From: Trichinella spiralis
Taxonomy: Eukaryota
DNA length: 64,000 nucleotides
Assembly: GCF_000181795.1 (NCBI RefSeq)
Contig: NW_003526943.1
Location: 1,669,647 to 1,733,646 of the forward strand
Direction of reading: 5' to 3'
Made by a program: the position numbers and the translations under genes. This document shows, one piece after another, positions 13,291 through 26,882 of the stretch (positions within the stretch are counted from its first letter, which is position 1; every line of letters begins with the position of its first letter). The notes below the pieces were generated by a model. The model was not told the DNA's origin. It did no database searches and saw only the letters and a list, made by a program, of their open reading frames with translations.

Positions 13291-14836
13291 ATTTTAACAT
13301 TATTCACAGAAATAAAAATATTCTCATTTGAATCAAAATTATATTTAAAATTCACAAACAAAAACAAAAGTTTTCATTACTTTCAATTTTAAATATGCAT
13401 ATTTACACAAGGAAGATGATTAAGACTTTAATTTATATATTTTTTATTGGAATCAGATATGAAAATCAAAAATTCAAAACTTATTATTTCAAATTGTATT
13501 CTTCACACAATCAGTCTTACAGTCGTCCTCGAGAATTTAGACATATTATGCAAGCTATTAAATTGACAATTCAATTTCATTCAACATTTTTCAGAATAAG
13601 TTGTATAACAAAACTGAAAACTTTTTCATAAAAAATTGAAACAAAATCAATAAGTTTACAAATGCAAAATTGTTTGAATAATTTAAATGGATGCTATCAA
13701 CAACAGCAATGTTTTTTCAAGTACGCTTTATGGTTTTTGTCTTTTTGCTTTAAAATCCTATTTCTATTAAAATTGTATGATGAACCAAAATAGTCTAGTT
13801 TGTTGATGATGAACAAATCTATTGAAACATCTGCTCAGTGGATTTTCCATTCAAAATTGAAAGTGCCGTCGCGTTTGGTGGCTTGTTGTGCACTTTACTG
13901 ATGGCTTTCGATTTTAGCTTCGTGCAATTGTGCTGCTAATAATGAACTGAGCAGAGAGATTGGCAATCTAATTACAACTGTTCGTGCTTAATTTCTTTAT
14001 ACTTTTTTTCTCAACTGAACAGCAGTTTATATTTTAATTTAAATATTTAATCAGCTTTTTACTGAAGTCTCATATCGTACAAAGATAATGATTTAATCCA
14101 ATGGTAGCACTGTAAGATGAATAAATTGTTTAAAATGAAGAAAAATGTTAAAAAATAAAAAGTAAAAATTGTTATTATCAAAGTTATATGCTGCTATTGG
14201 ATTTAGTGATAAGAAAAAGCATTTGTTTCGCAAAATAAATTGTTTTGATGCAAGAAACCATCTCACCCGCAGAGAGTATGAAAAAATTGAGGTCAGACAA
14301 AAGGACAGAGATTAAAAATCAATGAAAATTTCCAACGTTACTGATTGGTCATTTTTGACCAACACTTCAATTGTGATTGGCTGAAATTCATTGGGCAGTG
14401 TCCGCCTAGTTGACATTGCTTTGCAGGAATGGCAAACAACATTGGCTACGATTTGTAACCTAAAAAGCGGTCGAACGAAGCTTAAAAAATTCAGTAAACT
14501 TGCGCTGCTTAGCCCTGATCGTTGGCTGTCTGATTTTTTCCTTCTCAACTCAACTCTGTTAACAAAAACTGTTTGTTGGCAAGTGCCGATAGTGAATCCG
14601 TCTTGAGGTTTTCCATCTGGCACCAACGTCCGACGTTGCGTCTGTTTCACACCTGTTGCTTTTCAGAACAGCAGCTGACGGATACCAACCCCTCCAACCA
14701 ACACTGGTCGAAGCTCAGTTCAACTGAAATCTGTTGACTTCACTGTTTGTCTCTTATCAACCGAGAACTTATTCACTTTCTTCATCTCACTGCTCTGTGA
14801 AAAGTACTTCTTTACTTTGGTATTCAAAGTCCAGTG

Positions 14837-15103
14837 ATGTCACAAATCATAGTTAGTGATGATCCTGTTAATCCAGTGGACATTTTCAGTCCGAGTTTGA
14901 AGCGAAGCGCCGAAGCGGCAGCAACTCTGAATCAGCTTAAACAAATGGTGCCATCATTGCGATCTCGTCGAATTGCATCTGATGATGTGGAATTTCTGCA
15001 GCATGTTATCGACTACATTCAACATCTTCAAAAGCAGCTCAGTCTTGACAATAATGTCAAATCTCATCAGCCGAATGCTGGCCTTGCTTCTCAGAATCAC
15101 TAA
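14837..15103 (+). CDS. emc: Id/Extramacrochaetae-type HLH protein without a basic region (88 aa, single exon)
   Basis: LNQLKQMVPSLRSRRIASDDVEFLQHVIDYIQHLQKQL matches the Id/Emc HLH (LKELVP......SKVEILQHVIDYI.DLQ). No basic DNA-binding segment (no ExxR) precedes helix 1. Confidence 0.85.
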   Translation: MSQIIVSDDPVNPVDIFSPSLKRSAEAAATLNQLKQMVPSLRSRRIASDDVEFLQHVIDYIQHLQKQLSLDNNVKSHQPNAGLASQNH

Positions 15104-16539
15104 AGCCATAAGCGTCGTCTAGTCGTGCAGCATTGCCATGTCTGCTTATTGAATCATCCTTTGGTGTTCCTTGCCCGACGCTTTTTCTTCGTCTTAAAAA
15201 GTTAAATTTTATTTGCTTGTTTTCCCATTGCTTTATTTTTTTAATATTACTTTTAAATGTTTATGTCATTCTTCTAAATTGAATTAAAAGTATTTGCATT
15301 GTATTGTGTGTGTGATTGTGATGATTTGGGGAAACAGTTAAAAAATGTAGTTCATCATCACGCCAACCGGGTATTACTGCCCACTGGCGTCTCGTATCGA
15401 ACTCAGTTTGCATTATTAATATATGGGTGGACGGACTATTTCTGCGCAGTTAAAACAGCCCATTTAAAAATTTATGCATAAGAAAGCATCCATTTAAGTT
15501 CGTTTCGTGAAATAAATCTGCTTTTAAACTATCATCCATCACTAACATGATCGATATATTGCAAGTGACGCAATGTTTGTTCAAAAAAAGAATGAAAAAC
15601 TTTGAGCAACCGTCGTAACTCGTTTTATAAATGCAGCATTTGTCACTTTTCAATTTGACACTTATAAATTAGATTTATCATAAATTAGCTTAACACTGAG
15701 CTTTTCAAAATTATCCAACAGCCAATGGACATGAAATATGCTTTTATTCATGTTCAAGAATAACTTGTTTTTTATTTGAATTCAATGAATGTTTTTGTTG
15801 TCACGCATGAAACTGGTTGTGATGAAAAATTTAAAATAATTGATGAACAAATGGAAAAGCTGACTACTGCTTTTGGTGGCATTTCAATTTGGATGATTAA
15901 TATTCGTTTAAAAAAAGATTTTTCTTTCAGCTTGAAATAAATTAACAAACACTTGAGAAGTAAAAGCGCCGATAAGCAATAACAATTATTCATTGAATAT
16001 GTTTGTGTAGTAGAATGATTTTTTTTCTACTACATACAGCGCAACAACACTGCATAAATACTACTTTTTCAAGCTCTATCATTAAAATTAATGCACATCA
16101 GTATAGTTGCTTTGTGATATTTATAAATGATCAATTGAATGAGTCTGTTTTTTAGTGTTATGTTGAGTTTGATTGAATGAGTCTTCAATATATGAAACAT
16201 TTATGAAATTATTTTTGTCCAATGTTCAAAGAATATAATGAAAATTTTATTTTAACATCAGTGAATATTTTTTCACTCTTCATTTTACATAAAATTTTTG
16301 TCAAAGAATAGAATATACTGAATAATAAAATAGAATGAAATGTTCTTGTAAAAAATTAATGCTAAATGTAGTTATTATGCTAATGAAAGGTTTAAGCTAA
16401 CTGAATAATTAACATATTTAGTTGAGTCTTGCAGATGCTTTTTTTGTGTTGTTGGAAGTCTATAAACAATTGGGATTGGGTGGAGGATTGATTTTCAAGG
16501 TTGATAAGTTGGTTGGATGTTTGTCAAGATGCAGTTCTT

Positions 16540-16960
16540 TTTGTTAAGATCTGTCAGCTGGATATATACCGTTGACCGGTTTCTTAGCAAATGATCACGC
16601 TGACCCATTTGTGAGGCAATTATGTTTTGGAATTTCAGCTTTTCCTTTGACAATCCCGTGCACGTGGCCACCTAGATCAGACGTCCTACTGTGGATCAGG
16701 TGCCAATGTCGACAGACTGACGCCAAATAACGATTTGGTCATGTCAGCTTTGTGCTTGTCAAGTTGACAGAATAGTGGACAAGTACTGATTTTTGACAAG
16801 CAGTGACCATGGCCCAGGTGGGCTGCAGACGTTCGGTCGCCTGTTTAAGCTTTCGATCAATGACTGATCTGGGTTATTATTACAGTCCAATGGCAGGAGA
16901 CCACTTGACCATTACCGGACACACCAAGGCACCTGCAGGGTTTCAGGTGATTTTTTTAAT
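16540..16960. promoter_or_regulatory. Candidate downstream enhancer island with E-box cluster
   Basis: CAGCTG 16555, CACGTG 16661, CAGGTG 16697/16815/16944, CACCTG 16930 in a GC-raised non-coding stretch. Confidence 0.4.
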
Positions 16961-19900
16961 CCTTCATCTTTCAAAAAATGGCGATGCTCATTTGATTACA
17001 CGAACATCAAAAATTGTTTAATAAACTTCAAGTTTAAAATCTCATTTATCAAGAAAATGTTTATACTGATGCCTTTTAAACATGAAATGTGATATTTTTT
17101 GCAAAACATTTTTGTTCTTAAACCAATGCCTGCCATTGCTAACAGTTTTAACTAATATTAACACTTTGAAAATTGAAGTGTTGACATTGTATCTTATTCC
17201 TGAGCTTGATGATTTAAAGCATGCCTCATTAGCTTTATCGATTACGAATATTATATAGAAAATGAACTGTACTTTCTTTTATGCATGGAGTAAATTTTAA
17301 TTTTAGCATTTCTTGTTTTTTTTAATTGAAACTTGGCATTCTCATCAAAATAAATACTTGTTGCATGTTTTGCTCTGATGAATTTATATTTTTCATAATT
17401 TACATACAATCATTTTTGAAGCATAAAAGTGATGCAAAAAATTATCATTCAACTAGAAAAAAATATGCTTTTCACTGATGGTTAAAATAGTTTTATTCAT
17501 TAAATGGAACAATTTTTTCAGTTTCAGTAGGATAATAGATTTGTAAGCATTGGTAAAAATGCCAAGGTCGGTGTTTCTAGTAAAATGTTACAACAGAATT
17601 TGAAACTGTTTGAGAAAAGTTGCTTGAATGCAACGCGTTTGCGATTGTATTTTAAATTAGCAACTTTGATTTCTCTTTTACTCAGAGAAAACAGTTTCAC
17701 TGATAAAGATTTTAATATAATGTATTTTTAAACTTTTCCATTTGGAAATGATAGAACAAATTTTAGTTGCAGAAAATGAGAAGAAATTAAAGTATCCAAA
17801 AGTAGTGATTGTATACTTATTGACGTAAACTTTGAGGATTAAAAAAACAACTCGAAATAATTAGAAAGTAACATAACGGCGTCAAGCTGAAACTCTTTGG
17901 CCATCTATTTTCTAGATGAAGCTGTTTTTGCAAAGCACGTGTTTGTTTGAGCGTCTGCTTAGCAGATTTAAATTTTAAATGATCCAGAAGAGAGTTGTTT
18001 ACGCCAGCAATTTATTAGGGTCGATGGCGCAATGCGGTCAAAAATTCATTAGGTAAAGGCACAATGACCGGATGGCAACCGAGACCGGTCGATCACTGCT
18101 AATATTGGACACATTGAATATTGAAGGGGGGAGGTTGGTTAGCTTTTCAGCACGGGAAAATTGTTCCAGCAGACAGACGGTTCTTTAATTCGTCTCAAAA
18201 CTGGCATCTGTTCGACGCTGCGTTCCAAGTGTGCACGTGTCCATTTCCTTTAATAATAATAATAATAATAATAATGATAATGTTAGCCAGCTGTACTACA
18301 CCGCTTCAGCTTTACACATCCACAACAACAACAACACCATGTTGTATCCTGGTTGTATTGGATATGATCAATTCTTCGACAAAGTTGATTTGAAAATTTC
18401 AAAATATTCAAATAAACATCATTTTACAAGAAGTATAAATTGCTGGGTGAACAATTTTACATTGGGATAAAAAATTTCTCTCTCACTTATCAAGCTAAGA
18501 TTGATTTCTATTGAAACGAGAAAAGAATGCGGGCATGTTTGTACAACTTGTGTACTTTGTTTTCTTGAGAAAATATTTGCCACAATTCAGCAAAGAATGT
18601 GTCAGTCCGACGTTGGCAAAGTAAACATTATAAAAAACATAGCTTATTTGCTTTTAAAGCAAGAATAGAACTGTAGATTTGCATTCCGTGTAAATTTGAT
18701 AAGCAAATTGTGAAGTATGCATGCATAGAAAAGAACATTAAAAAGTGTCAGAATTTACTTGATTTTTTAAATATAATAAAGTTTTATTATTGATAGTGTT
18801 GTAAACATTTTCAAGCATTGTACTTCAAGATGAAAATAAATCACATTTGTTACTTACATAAAGCATGCTTTAAAATTATTTACATTTTAAATAAATGAGC
18901 CTCTATTTTCAATAGCTAATCTTAAGATAAATTTGCAAGTTTATTATCTTCCACTGAGCAAGTGTTCTACTATAATTCAGAAACTTTGAGGTGTTTTTCG
19001 TCTTTTCAGTAAAGCTCAAAACGAATTCTTTTCAGCATTTAAATTTTATTGAAAAATTGTTGTTTTCTTGAATTGCTTTTTCACATAAAATTTGATCTTG
19101 AAATTTTTAAACACAGTAATGCAAGGTTAGTTTTGTTTGCAAGGTAAGCCAAATTTCTTTTTTATTCTTTTAGTAAAATTATAACACAAAGGATAACTTT
19201 GCTTTTAATTTTCAATATTTCCTTATTATTCAATTCTTTTATTATTATTGTTCTTCTTCTTCTTCTTCAACGATCTTTCAACCTATAAGTCCTTTTCAGT
19301 GCAACTGAACCGTGTCGTGCATGACATTCTGAAACATGCCGTGAAAGCTAATCGAATTGACCCCATCATCGTCATGGCAACATTCCCATGCAGGCAGCTC
19401 ATAAATTCTTCATTTCCTGTTTCTTATACTAACCATTGTATTATATTATATTATATTTCTGTTCTATTTTATAAGAACAAGATTTTCCTGATTTTAAAAA
19501 TTTTATTTAACAGCGAAAAACCGCTTCTATTCAGTAAAAATAATTTTAATTTTTGTGTTGCTTGTATTAAATGCTTAAATTTTTAATGTTACAATATTTT
19601 ATTTGAATGTAACTTTTGTTTCAATCAAACGGTACATTGATTGACTGTAGAACGTGACGTGATAATTTAAAATAAATATTTTTGAAATTTGCATTTTGAT
19701 ATCAGCCTGCTTAAACGTTGATGTATTGGAAAAATATTTGAAAATTTTAATCTTTTTAAGCTTATAAGTAAGCATTGCAATTTTACCGTTGAAATAAGTG
19801 GACAAAAGAGTTTTTTCTTTTAATTTTATATTTTTATTATTAAAAACTGCAGAAATATTATTGCATAAAAAAATTCTAAATGTAAAATTTAATAGAAAAT

Positions 19901-20897
19901 ATATTTGACAACTTCAGAATAGTATTATCAGATGTAATGACTTCCTTCGAAAATTGTCCAATTTAAACTGGTGCATTGTTAATTGAAAATCCAACTGTCG
20001 TCTTTACTTCTTTTTATTATAAATTTAAACGAAAGAAACATTGTTAAACAGCGTGAAATGGTTTTATTGGAATGAGAAATTGCATTTCTCAACATGACAA
20101 GCAGCTTGCGTGCCTCGACGGTATTATTATTCACTGCTAGTTGGGGCATTTTATTGTTTGCATGCTTGAACAAGTCCATATGCTTTCTACTTGGTCGGGA
20201 TCGATTTGTCAATTTTGAACTTGTAACAAATTTGTCGACCATTTATAATTGTTATAAATTGCTTCACAGTATTGCCGGATATTGTGAATGGCGCAATTTG
20301 TCGCCTGCAAAGTGAACTCGACAAGGCGAACGTAATTTCAAGAATATTCATCACCGAACTGATGCAGTGTGTTCAAATTTTGCATGATAATTTTTCCCAA
20401 GGACGCATGCCAATTTTTGACCGTCGATGAATCATCATTCATTATGGCACCACAACAGTCGGTCTGGAAGTACGGCACACCTGCGACGCCATTGCAGCCC
20501 GCAAAGCTTATTTTGCGGTCGAAGCAGGCTGACATGACCCTGTTAAACAACCAACTGACCGTAGCTTAACCGTGAGAGCGGCATGGAACCAACAGAAAAA
20601 ATATATATCCCAATTGGGGCACATTGCAACAAATCTGCAATTGGCATAGCCGGGACGCCGGCACGTCGCCACTGTGCACCTGCAGCTGCACGAAGCGTGG
20701 GATTGCAAATCACCTCCATTGTTGACCTTGTAGTTTCCTTGTTCCAAACTCGGGCACGTAAACAAATTTAGCCGGATGCTAACCAATGCCATCTTTATGC
20801 AGCTATCCTTCACTAGGTACAACAATATAGCACACGAACAATGTAAACTGCTTCATTGTAATGAAATATATTTATTTCCCACACCCACATCCCCCCT

Positions 20898-20900
<3 letters not shown>

Positions 20901-20932
<32 letters not shown>
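20901..20932. repeat. (CA)n microsatellite
   Basis: Directly visible. Confidence 0.95.
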
Positions 20933-20935
<3 letters not shown>

Positions 20936-23045
20936 TGGCTTTAATAAAATAATAAACTGTTATTATAAATGATGTTAATTTGTTTGAAATGGGATTTCAT
21001 TATAACTTTCAATTTCTACAATGATCATTTAGTTATTTTTTAAAATAATTTTCCGGTTTTGTTTTAAATTTTGCCAAAAATATGAAACTTATTCAAAATT
21101 CTGTTTTCAATTTCGAATAATTAATAACAAATGATGGCTTGCACTGCCTCAAAATCAAAATGCAAACCTGCTTATCAGTTTTTGCAAAAAACTTTTTAAC
21201 ATTAAGAATTGAAATTGTATTAGTTAACATTTCGCTAAAAATAGTTTTCATTTGACCATTTATTGATATTCAATGTAAATGATGTTGCAGTTTTATAAAA
21301 TGAAAGCAAATTTGCAAAATTCTCATTTGTTTGCTTTCAATCAGTTTGTGCGTTAAGCTAACAGTTATTGGATTCATTTAGCAGCTTGAGCACCGAGATC
21401 AAATCACCACAAAGCGATGCCTGCTGTTGACCATTTGACCGCTGCGGCTGTTTTCCTTTCATAAATCGCGTTTGCTCATAAAATAGGTCAGCTGGCGCCA
21501 TCGGATTTTCCGAAAGATTGTCAATCTGCTAAAGCATATTGGCCAGTGAAGTGTTATCTGCTTGCAAGATTTTTCATTGCATAAGTGAATAATTAATAGA
21601 TTAGTACAGCCTGTCACCGACTGTTCCTCAATTTTTCTGCATTAGCATTATCATCACTTGTGCACTAATGTTCAGCATTTTTCGAATGCTAGCAAGAATT
21701 CAGCTTTTCAAAAATCATAAACAAATTATAAATTTTTAAACAAAATTGTGTTAGCAAAAATAAAGAAAAAAGCATAAATAGCATCTGCTTAACTGAATAG
21801 TAATAAACGTGAAAAGTTCAATTTTTAGGAGTGACAATGTACTCAAAGGACAAATACATGTTGAGAGTTTAAAGTTCGCTAAAGAATTAATTCTTGAAAG
21901 TAAAACTTTGTAATGGAAGAAGAAAACAAAATTCCCAGCGTGTTCATTGAAAACGAGGAAATCGGTTACCATCTGCATTGTATTGTTTGTTACGGATTGA
22001 ACATCTGTCAGTATTAAGAAATATTGGCAATCACCTGGTTGGATTTTAATTGCATCTTGCGTAAATCGTTTGCCAAGTGTTCACAGGTGGCTTGCACAGG
22101 TCGCTAACGTTTGCCTTATTAAGCTGCTTATGTGCAGAAATGCATCCCACGATTTTCTAAAAATTCCTACTAGGCAAGCAGATGTTTTCACAAAATGATC
22201 ACTTGGAACCTCAATAATTTCTTTGAGGATTTTTTCATCGCAGAAATTTCAAACTGTTCAATGCCACTGAACAGAACTTTTAAACAAAAGTAAAAGCATT
22301 TACTGCTGCGGCAAATGTAAAAGCAATTATCATTAGCTGAATGCAGAAAACAATTAACATTTCACATTTCAGTCAATCAATTGCAATTTGTATAAATAAC
22401 AGTACATACATTCACGCGACAGTGGTGCAAAATGTGTATGAAAAAATTTGTACCATAACTTTCAAAATAAGCATAAATTAAGTTATAATACTGCTTTTTA
22501 TTTATTCATACGTTTGCTTAGTAGAAATGAATCAATAAAAAAGAATGAAACATGAAATACAGCAGTAATAAAGACGATGTATGACAGTAAAAATTAAATG
22601 TTATTAAGCATTAAAAATATTCAACAATTATTAATTATTTGGGTATTATACGTTGTTAGTTTGTTATTCATTTGTTATTTTAAAAATTTTACATAACTTT
22701 AATTATCTTTATATCATATAGCTTTTTGTTTTTACCAAATAAATTAAAATTAAAGAAACATATTGCTTTCAGTCAAAATATTTTGCATTTTTTTGAGCAG
22801 AAAGCAGCATTAGTGAAAATGTATTGCTGAATCAGTGAAATAAAATAATACACACGAAATACAAACAAAAAAAATTAATGCATATATTAAGTTAAATAAA
22901 TGTAAATGATAAATAGAAAAGCTATTGCTAAACTACTAGAAGAGTATTTTCAAAAGTTTTGTTCTTCAATGTTTTCAAAAGCAGCATTATTAATTTTAAT
23001 TATTATAATCATGAACTAATCAACCGAATACTTCGTGACTGAAAT

Positions 23046-26000
23046 TTAAAAATCAAGAATTTCATCAACTAATGTTCCTGGTTCACAAAGTAAAATTTCG
23101 GCAAAAATCGACCCTGGTTTCACTGCATACATTGTAGCGTTCCATTGTTTTGTAAACAAATTGCATTCTTTGTTCATTGTATAATTAATAGCTATGCACA
23201 GGTATGAATAATGTCGATGCCGACAAATCCAAATACAAGATTTTATGTGTTCAACATTTTGGAAAGTTTCCGCCAGAAGAAAACTGCTTAACAAAGAGGA
23301 CCTGTGAAATTCAAGAACGCAAATTTCACTAGTTTCTGCAAAGTAAAATCGTAAAGGTGGAAAGTTGTTTCTTCGTTCATCTTGGCGATCTAAAATGCAA
23401 ATAATCATTTAAAATTTAATGGAATTTGATATAAAAATTGTTTGCTTTAATTTTTATTCTAAAACATGATTAATTTTTGAGAATAATGTTTTTATTAATT
23501 TATCATTAATGCCTTACAAATGTGAAGTAAGGAATATTAAAAAGCAAAGCAACCGACTTTGAGAGATTACAACGAACAACAACTCTCACCTGGATGACAT
23601 TCCAAAACTTCAATTAAATGCTTATCAATGCCAACAAAGTACACATTTTCTGTCCTACTGCTAAGCAACAATACGCATTTATAATTATCTTTCGAATATT
23701 CAACAGCGCAATAAATGGACTGACGAACGAACGGCTGGCAGTAATGCATGCATTTGTTTACTGATCGGGTGTTAAATATAGTTTGAATTTTTTTTACATT
23801 TTCGACTTTTCTCGAATATAGTATATTTATTTTACAAATTTCCATATATCTGTATAAATGGACGTAGCCAGTAGCGATCCTACTTTCTTCCTCTGGAGAT
23901 TCCATTTCCAATAGTGCGTCTAAGGTATTATTTCGTTGAAATGCATTCGATGCGTTTTCTGCAAAATTTTAAAATCAAAATTAAAGCAGGAAAAAAAAAG
24001 AAAAAGTGATGCTATAAAATAAAATTAAAATATCTTATTATTTTGTTGAAAGTTAGCATATTTTGCATCACTGCATATTCATGACAATAACAATATTAAT
24101 TACGTTCGCCTCAATATCAGGCTGCACAAAATCAAAAATTAAAAAGGCACTTCATTCACGAAACTTTTTAAATGATGTCAAGATAAATGAATGTAATTTT
24201 ATAAAATTAAAATCTACCTGGTGCATACAACGTGATACGTTAAGAAATGGGAGATATTTTTCATTTCAAATATTTCATTAAACATTGAATTTATGCATAT
24301 ATGAGAACACGTCCGGTATAATATAATAAACTGCACATCAATCAGATATTTAAAGACTTAAAGTTTTTCTTTTAACTAACCACTATTTCTAATGAACTAC
24401 AGTCATACTTTGATCTTCCTTAAATTTGAATTTGAAAAGAACTCATTATGCAATATTAAGTCAAAATATTGATAGAGTGTAAAATAAAATAAAAATGTCA
24501 TGCACATTTATGAAAAGATAATTCATTAAATTAGTCATTTTAGGATTAATTAATAGTATAAACAATAATCCAAAATTGATAAATAATAATAATACAAAAA
24601 ACAGTACAATTTTTTTTCAATATTAAGCCAGATTAGGTATTTTAATTATTTATTTTCAAAAACTTTAATCAGAATTTCTTTTAAATTTCAACTGAAAGTT
24701 TAGCTAGAAGTAGTTTTATATCCATATTTAATAACAACTTAAATCTTTTTTCAAAATGTCATTGTAATTTCTAATTGAAACAACCACAACTAAGATAAAC
24801 TGTCAGAAAACTGAAGAAAAAGTGAAATTCAAATACAGTGAAACTCCGATTATCCGTTACTCGATTATCCGAACACTTTTTGGTCAGACAACCTGCATTT
24901 CACTAATACTGTAACATTCTACTCTTGGCTAATTTTTGTCCGGTATGTCTACTACTAGAAAGAGAAAGGTTTTGAGTTTACAGCAAAGCTAGAAGTGTGT
25001 GGATTAGTGGAGAGGGGTGAGTCGCTCAGGAAAATCACTGAGAGTTTTGGTGTGGGTCTGTCCACAGTTTCAGACATCTGTTGCAGTTGACGTCAGCTAA
25101 CTGACTTTGTGTTGCACATGGATACTTCGAGTAGCTGTTCTTCTCGAAAATTGATAAAGAAAAGCGTCAAATAGCGCGCTTGATTCAGCAATATACATGT
25201 GGTTCCTCCAGAAATGTGCACTTGATCAACCAATAAGTGGTCCAATTTTGCAAGAAAAAGCTCTAGCTGTCACTACTGAGCTAGGTATTGATAATTTTGT
25301 AGCCAGTTCAGATTGGCTATGAAACTTTAAAAGTCAGCATGGCATACGTGAGCTTAAAATTCACGGCGAAAAGTTGTCTGCTGACAGTAAAAATGCTGTA
25401 TTAATAAATGTTCATGCAATTTAAGCGAGTAAAGGGCAAATAACGTCGCATAATAAACAGAATGTCTACTCTTCCGCGTCTAATTGAAAATAACAGCTAT
25501 AAACGCTTCAATTATGTACACACATTTTGAAAAATTGAAAACGTCTGATTATCCGAAAATCTGATCATCTGAAGGACCCCCAAAAACCGAGTGTTCAGAT
25601 AATTAGAGTTCCACTGTAATATGCTTACTTATTAAATTTATTTTTTAACACAATCCTTAATAATAGCACTTCAGTAAAAAGTCAATAATGTTTAAACTTA
25701 CTTGCTCTAGCGCGACTTTGTGCGCAGAGTTCATATGACATATTATGAATAGCAGGTATCAGAATTGAATTGACTTCCACATCCCCTAATAATAAAAAAC
25801 ACTTGCGCTTTGAGCATCATAATGTCAGTATTGAAATATCTTCTATATTTTTTAGCTCTGTATTTTCATAAATAAATATCTTACAAGGCAAAGTAAGATG
25901 CAGAAGAAACATCAATCTGTCTTTATGAACTGCGAAGCTAACTGGAGGTGATGGTGTTGCATGCTTCAGCAGTGTACACAGATTTGTTCTAGGATTATAA

Positions 26001-26882
26001 ATGACAGCATTACATCCAATTTGCCGACTAATTAAATAACAAGAAGAAAAGCAATTGGAAATAGATTCTTTTTGCTCATTTAAAATAATTTTCGAACGTA
26101 TACTATCAACAGTAGGACGTCTTTCAATGATGAATGTTCTATTCAGAATTTCAATTTGAAGTGAAATGAAAGTTCCACCAAAAGTTAACATTGAATGATT
26201 CCCAATTTCATGTAAATGTAATGAGCCTAAAAAATAAATTTTCATAGTTTTAAAAAGTTTTTTTTATTTATATTTTTTGCTTTAAAAATGTGCATTATAT
26301 AAGCTTATTTTTAAAAAACTTACAAAAATTGTGAATAAAATCTGAACTGTGACAAAAATATGGTTGTATCAATTAGCAATTCAGTAAGTATTAACTAAAA
26401 AATAATTCTAGCAAATAATCATTTTCACAAATAAATATGCAAAATGCAAAAAAAAATTGAAAAACCCATAACCTTTCTTGCATCCATTAACGTGTATAAT
26501 ATTAAGATTGTCGTACGGCGTTTCTGGTGTAGTGGAATTTTTGTGCAGAGCAAACAAATAGCATTTCATAATAGTTTGAAAGTATTTTACAGCATTGCAT
26601 TTCTTTTCTGGACGTAGTAAATTGCATATTATTATGCATTCTTCTAATGATTTGCCTAATACCGTATGCGTTTCATAAGACTGTAACGAGCTACTACTCA
26701 CTTTTTGTTTATCAAGTTCGCATGTCATCTGGAAACTGTTGAGATATGCGGAAAAAAGGATACCTCTGCATTGCTTAATTTAAAATAATTTGGCTGTATT
26801 TTTATTTTCATAATAAAATGCGAAATTCAGTTACCAGAAGTTGAGTAAGTATCCCAATCATAAAACAATATAGTGTGAACAT
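23046..26882 (-). CDS. Secreted multi-PAN/Apple-like domain protein, array copy 1 (6 exons: 26882-26835, 26773-26473, 26226-25885, 25785-25702, 23958-23590, 23389-23046; ~495 aa)
   Basis: Signal-peptide-like MFTLYCFMIGILTQLL/QCRG. Four modules with C-x3-C-x7/8-C-x-A-hydrophobic-x-Y...C-x-L spacing typical of PAN/Apple domains. All introns are GT-AG and phase-consistent. Ends EPGTLVDEILDF*. Confidence 0.8.
24836..25616 (+). mobile_element. Internally deleted Tigger/pogo (Tc1-mariner superfamily) DNA transposon in intron 4 of PAN copy 1
   Basis: TIRs CAGTGAAACTCCGATTATCCG / CAGTGGAACTCTAATTATCTG (reverse complement) with TA on both flanks. Degenerate ORF from 24945 (MSTTRKRKVLSL..KLEV...ERGES...FGVGLSTVSDI...LDSAIYMWF...PISGPILQEKA...F.AS.DWL.NFK..HGIR..KIHGE) is a CENP-B-type HTH with stops and frameshifts. 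No DDE domain. Confidence 0.92.

Noticed and set aside
8900..22900. Numerous 60-110 aa ORFs in the track outside the emc gene
   Set aside because: Composition is biased to F/I/L/K/N as expected of random AT-rich DNA, with mostly non-ATG starts and no motifs or consistent splice structure.
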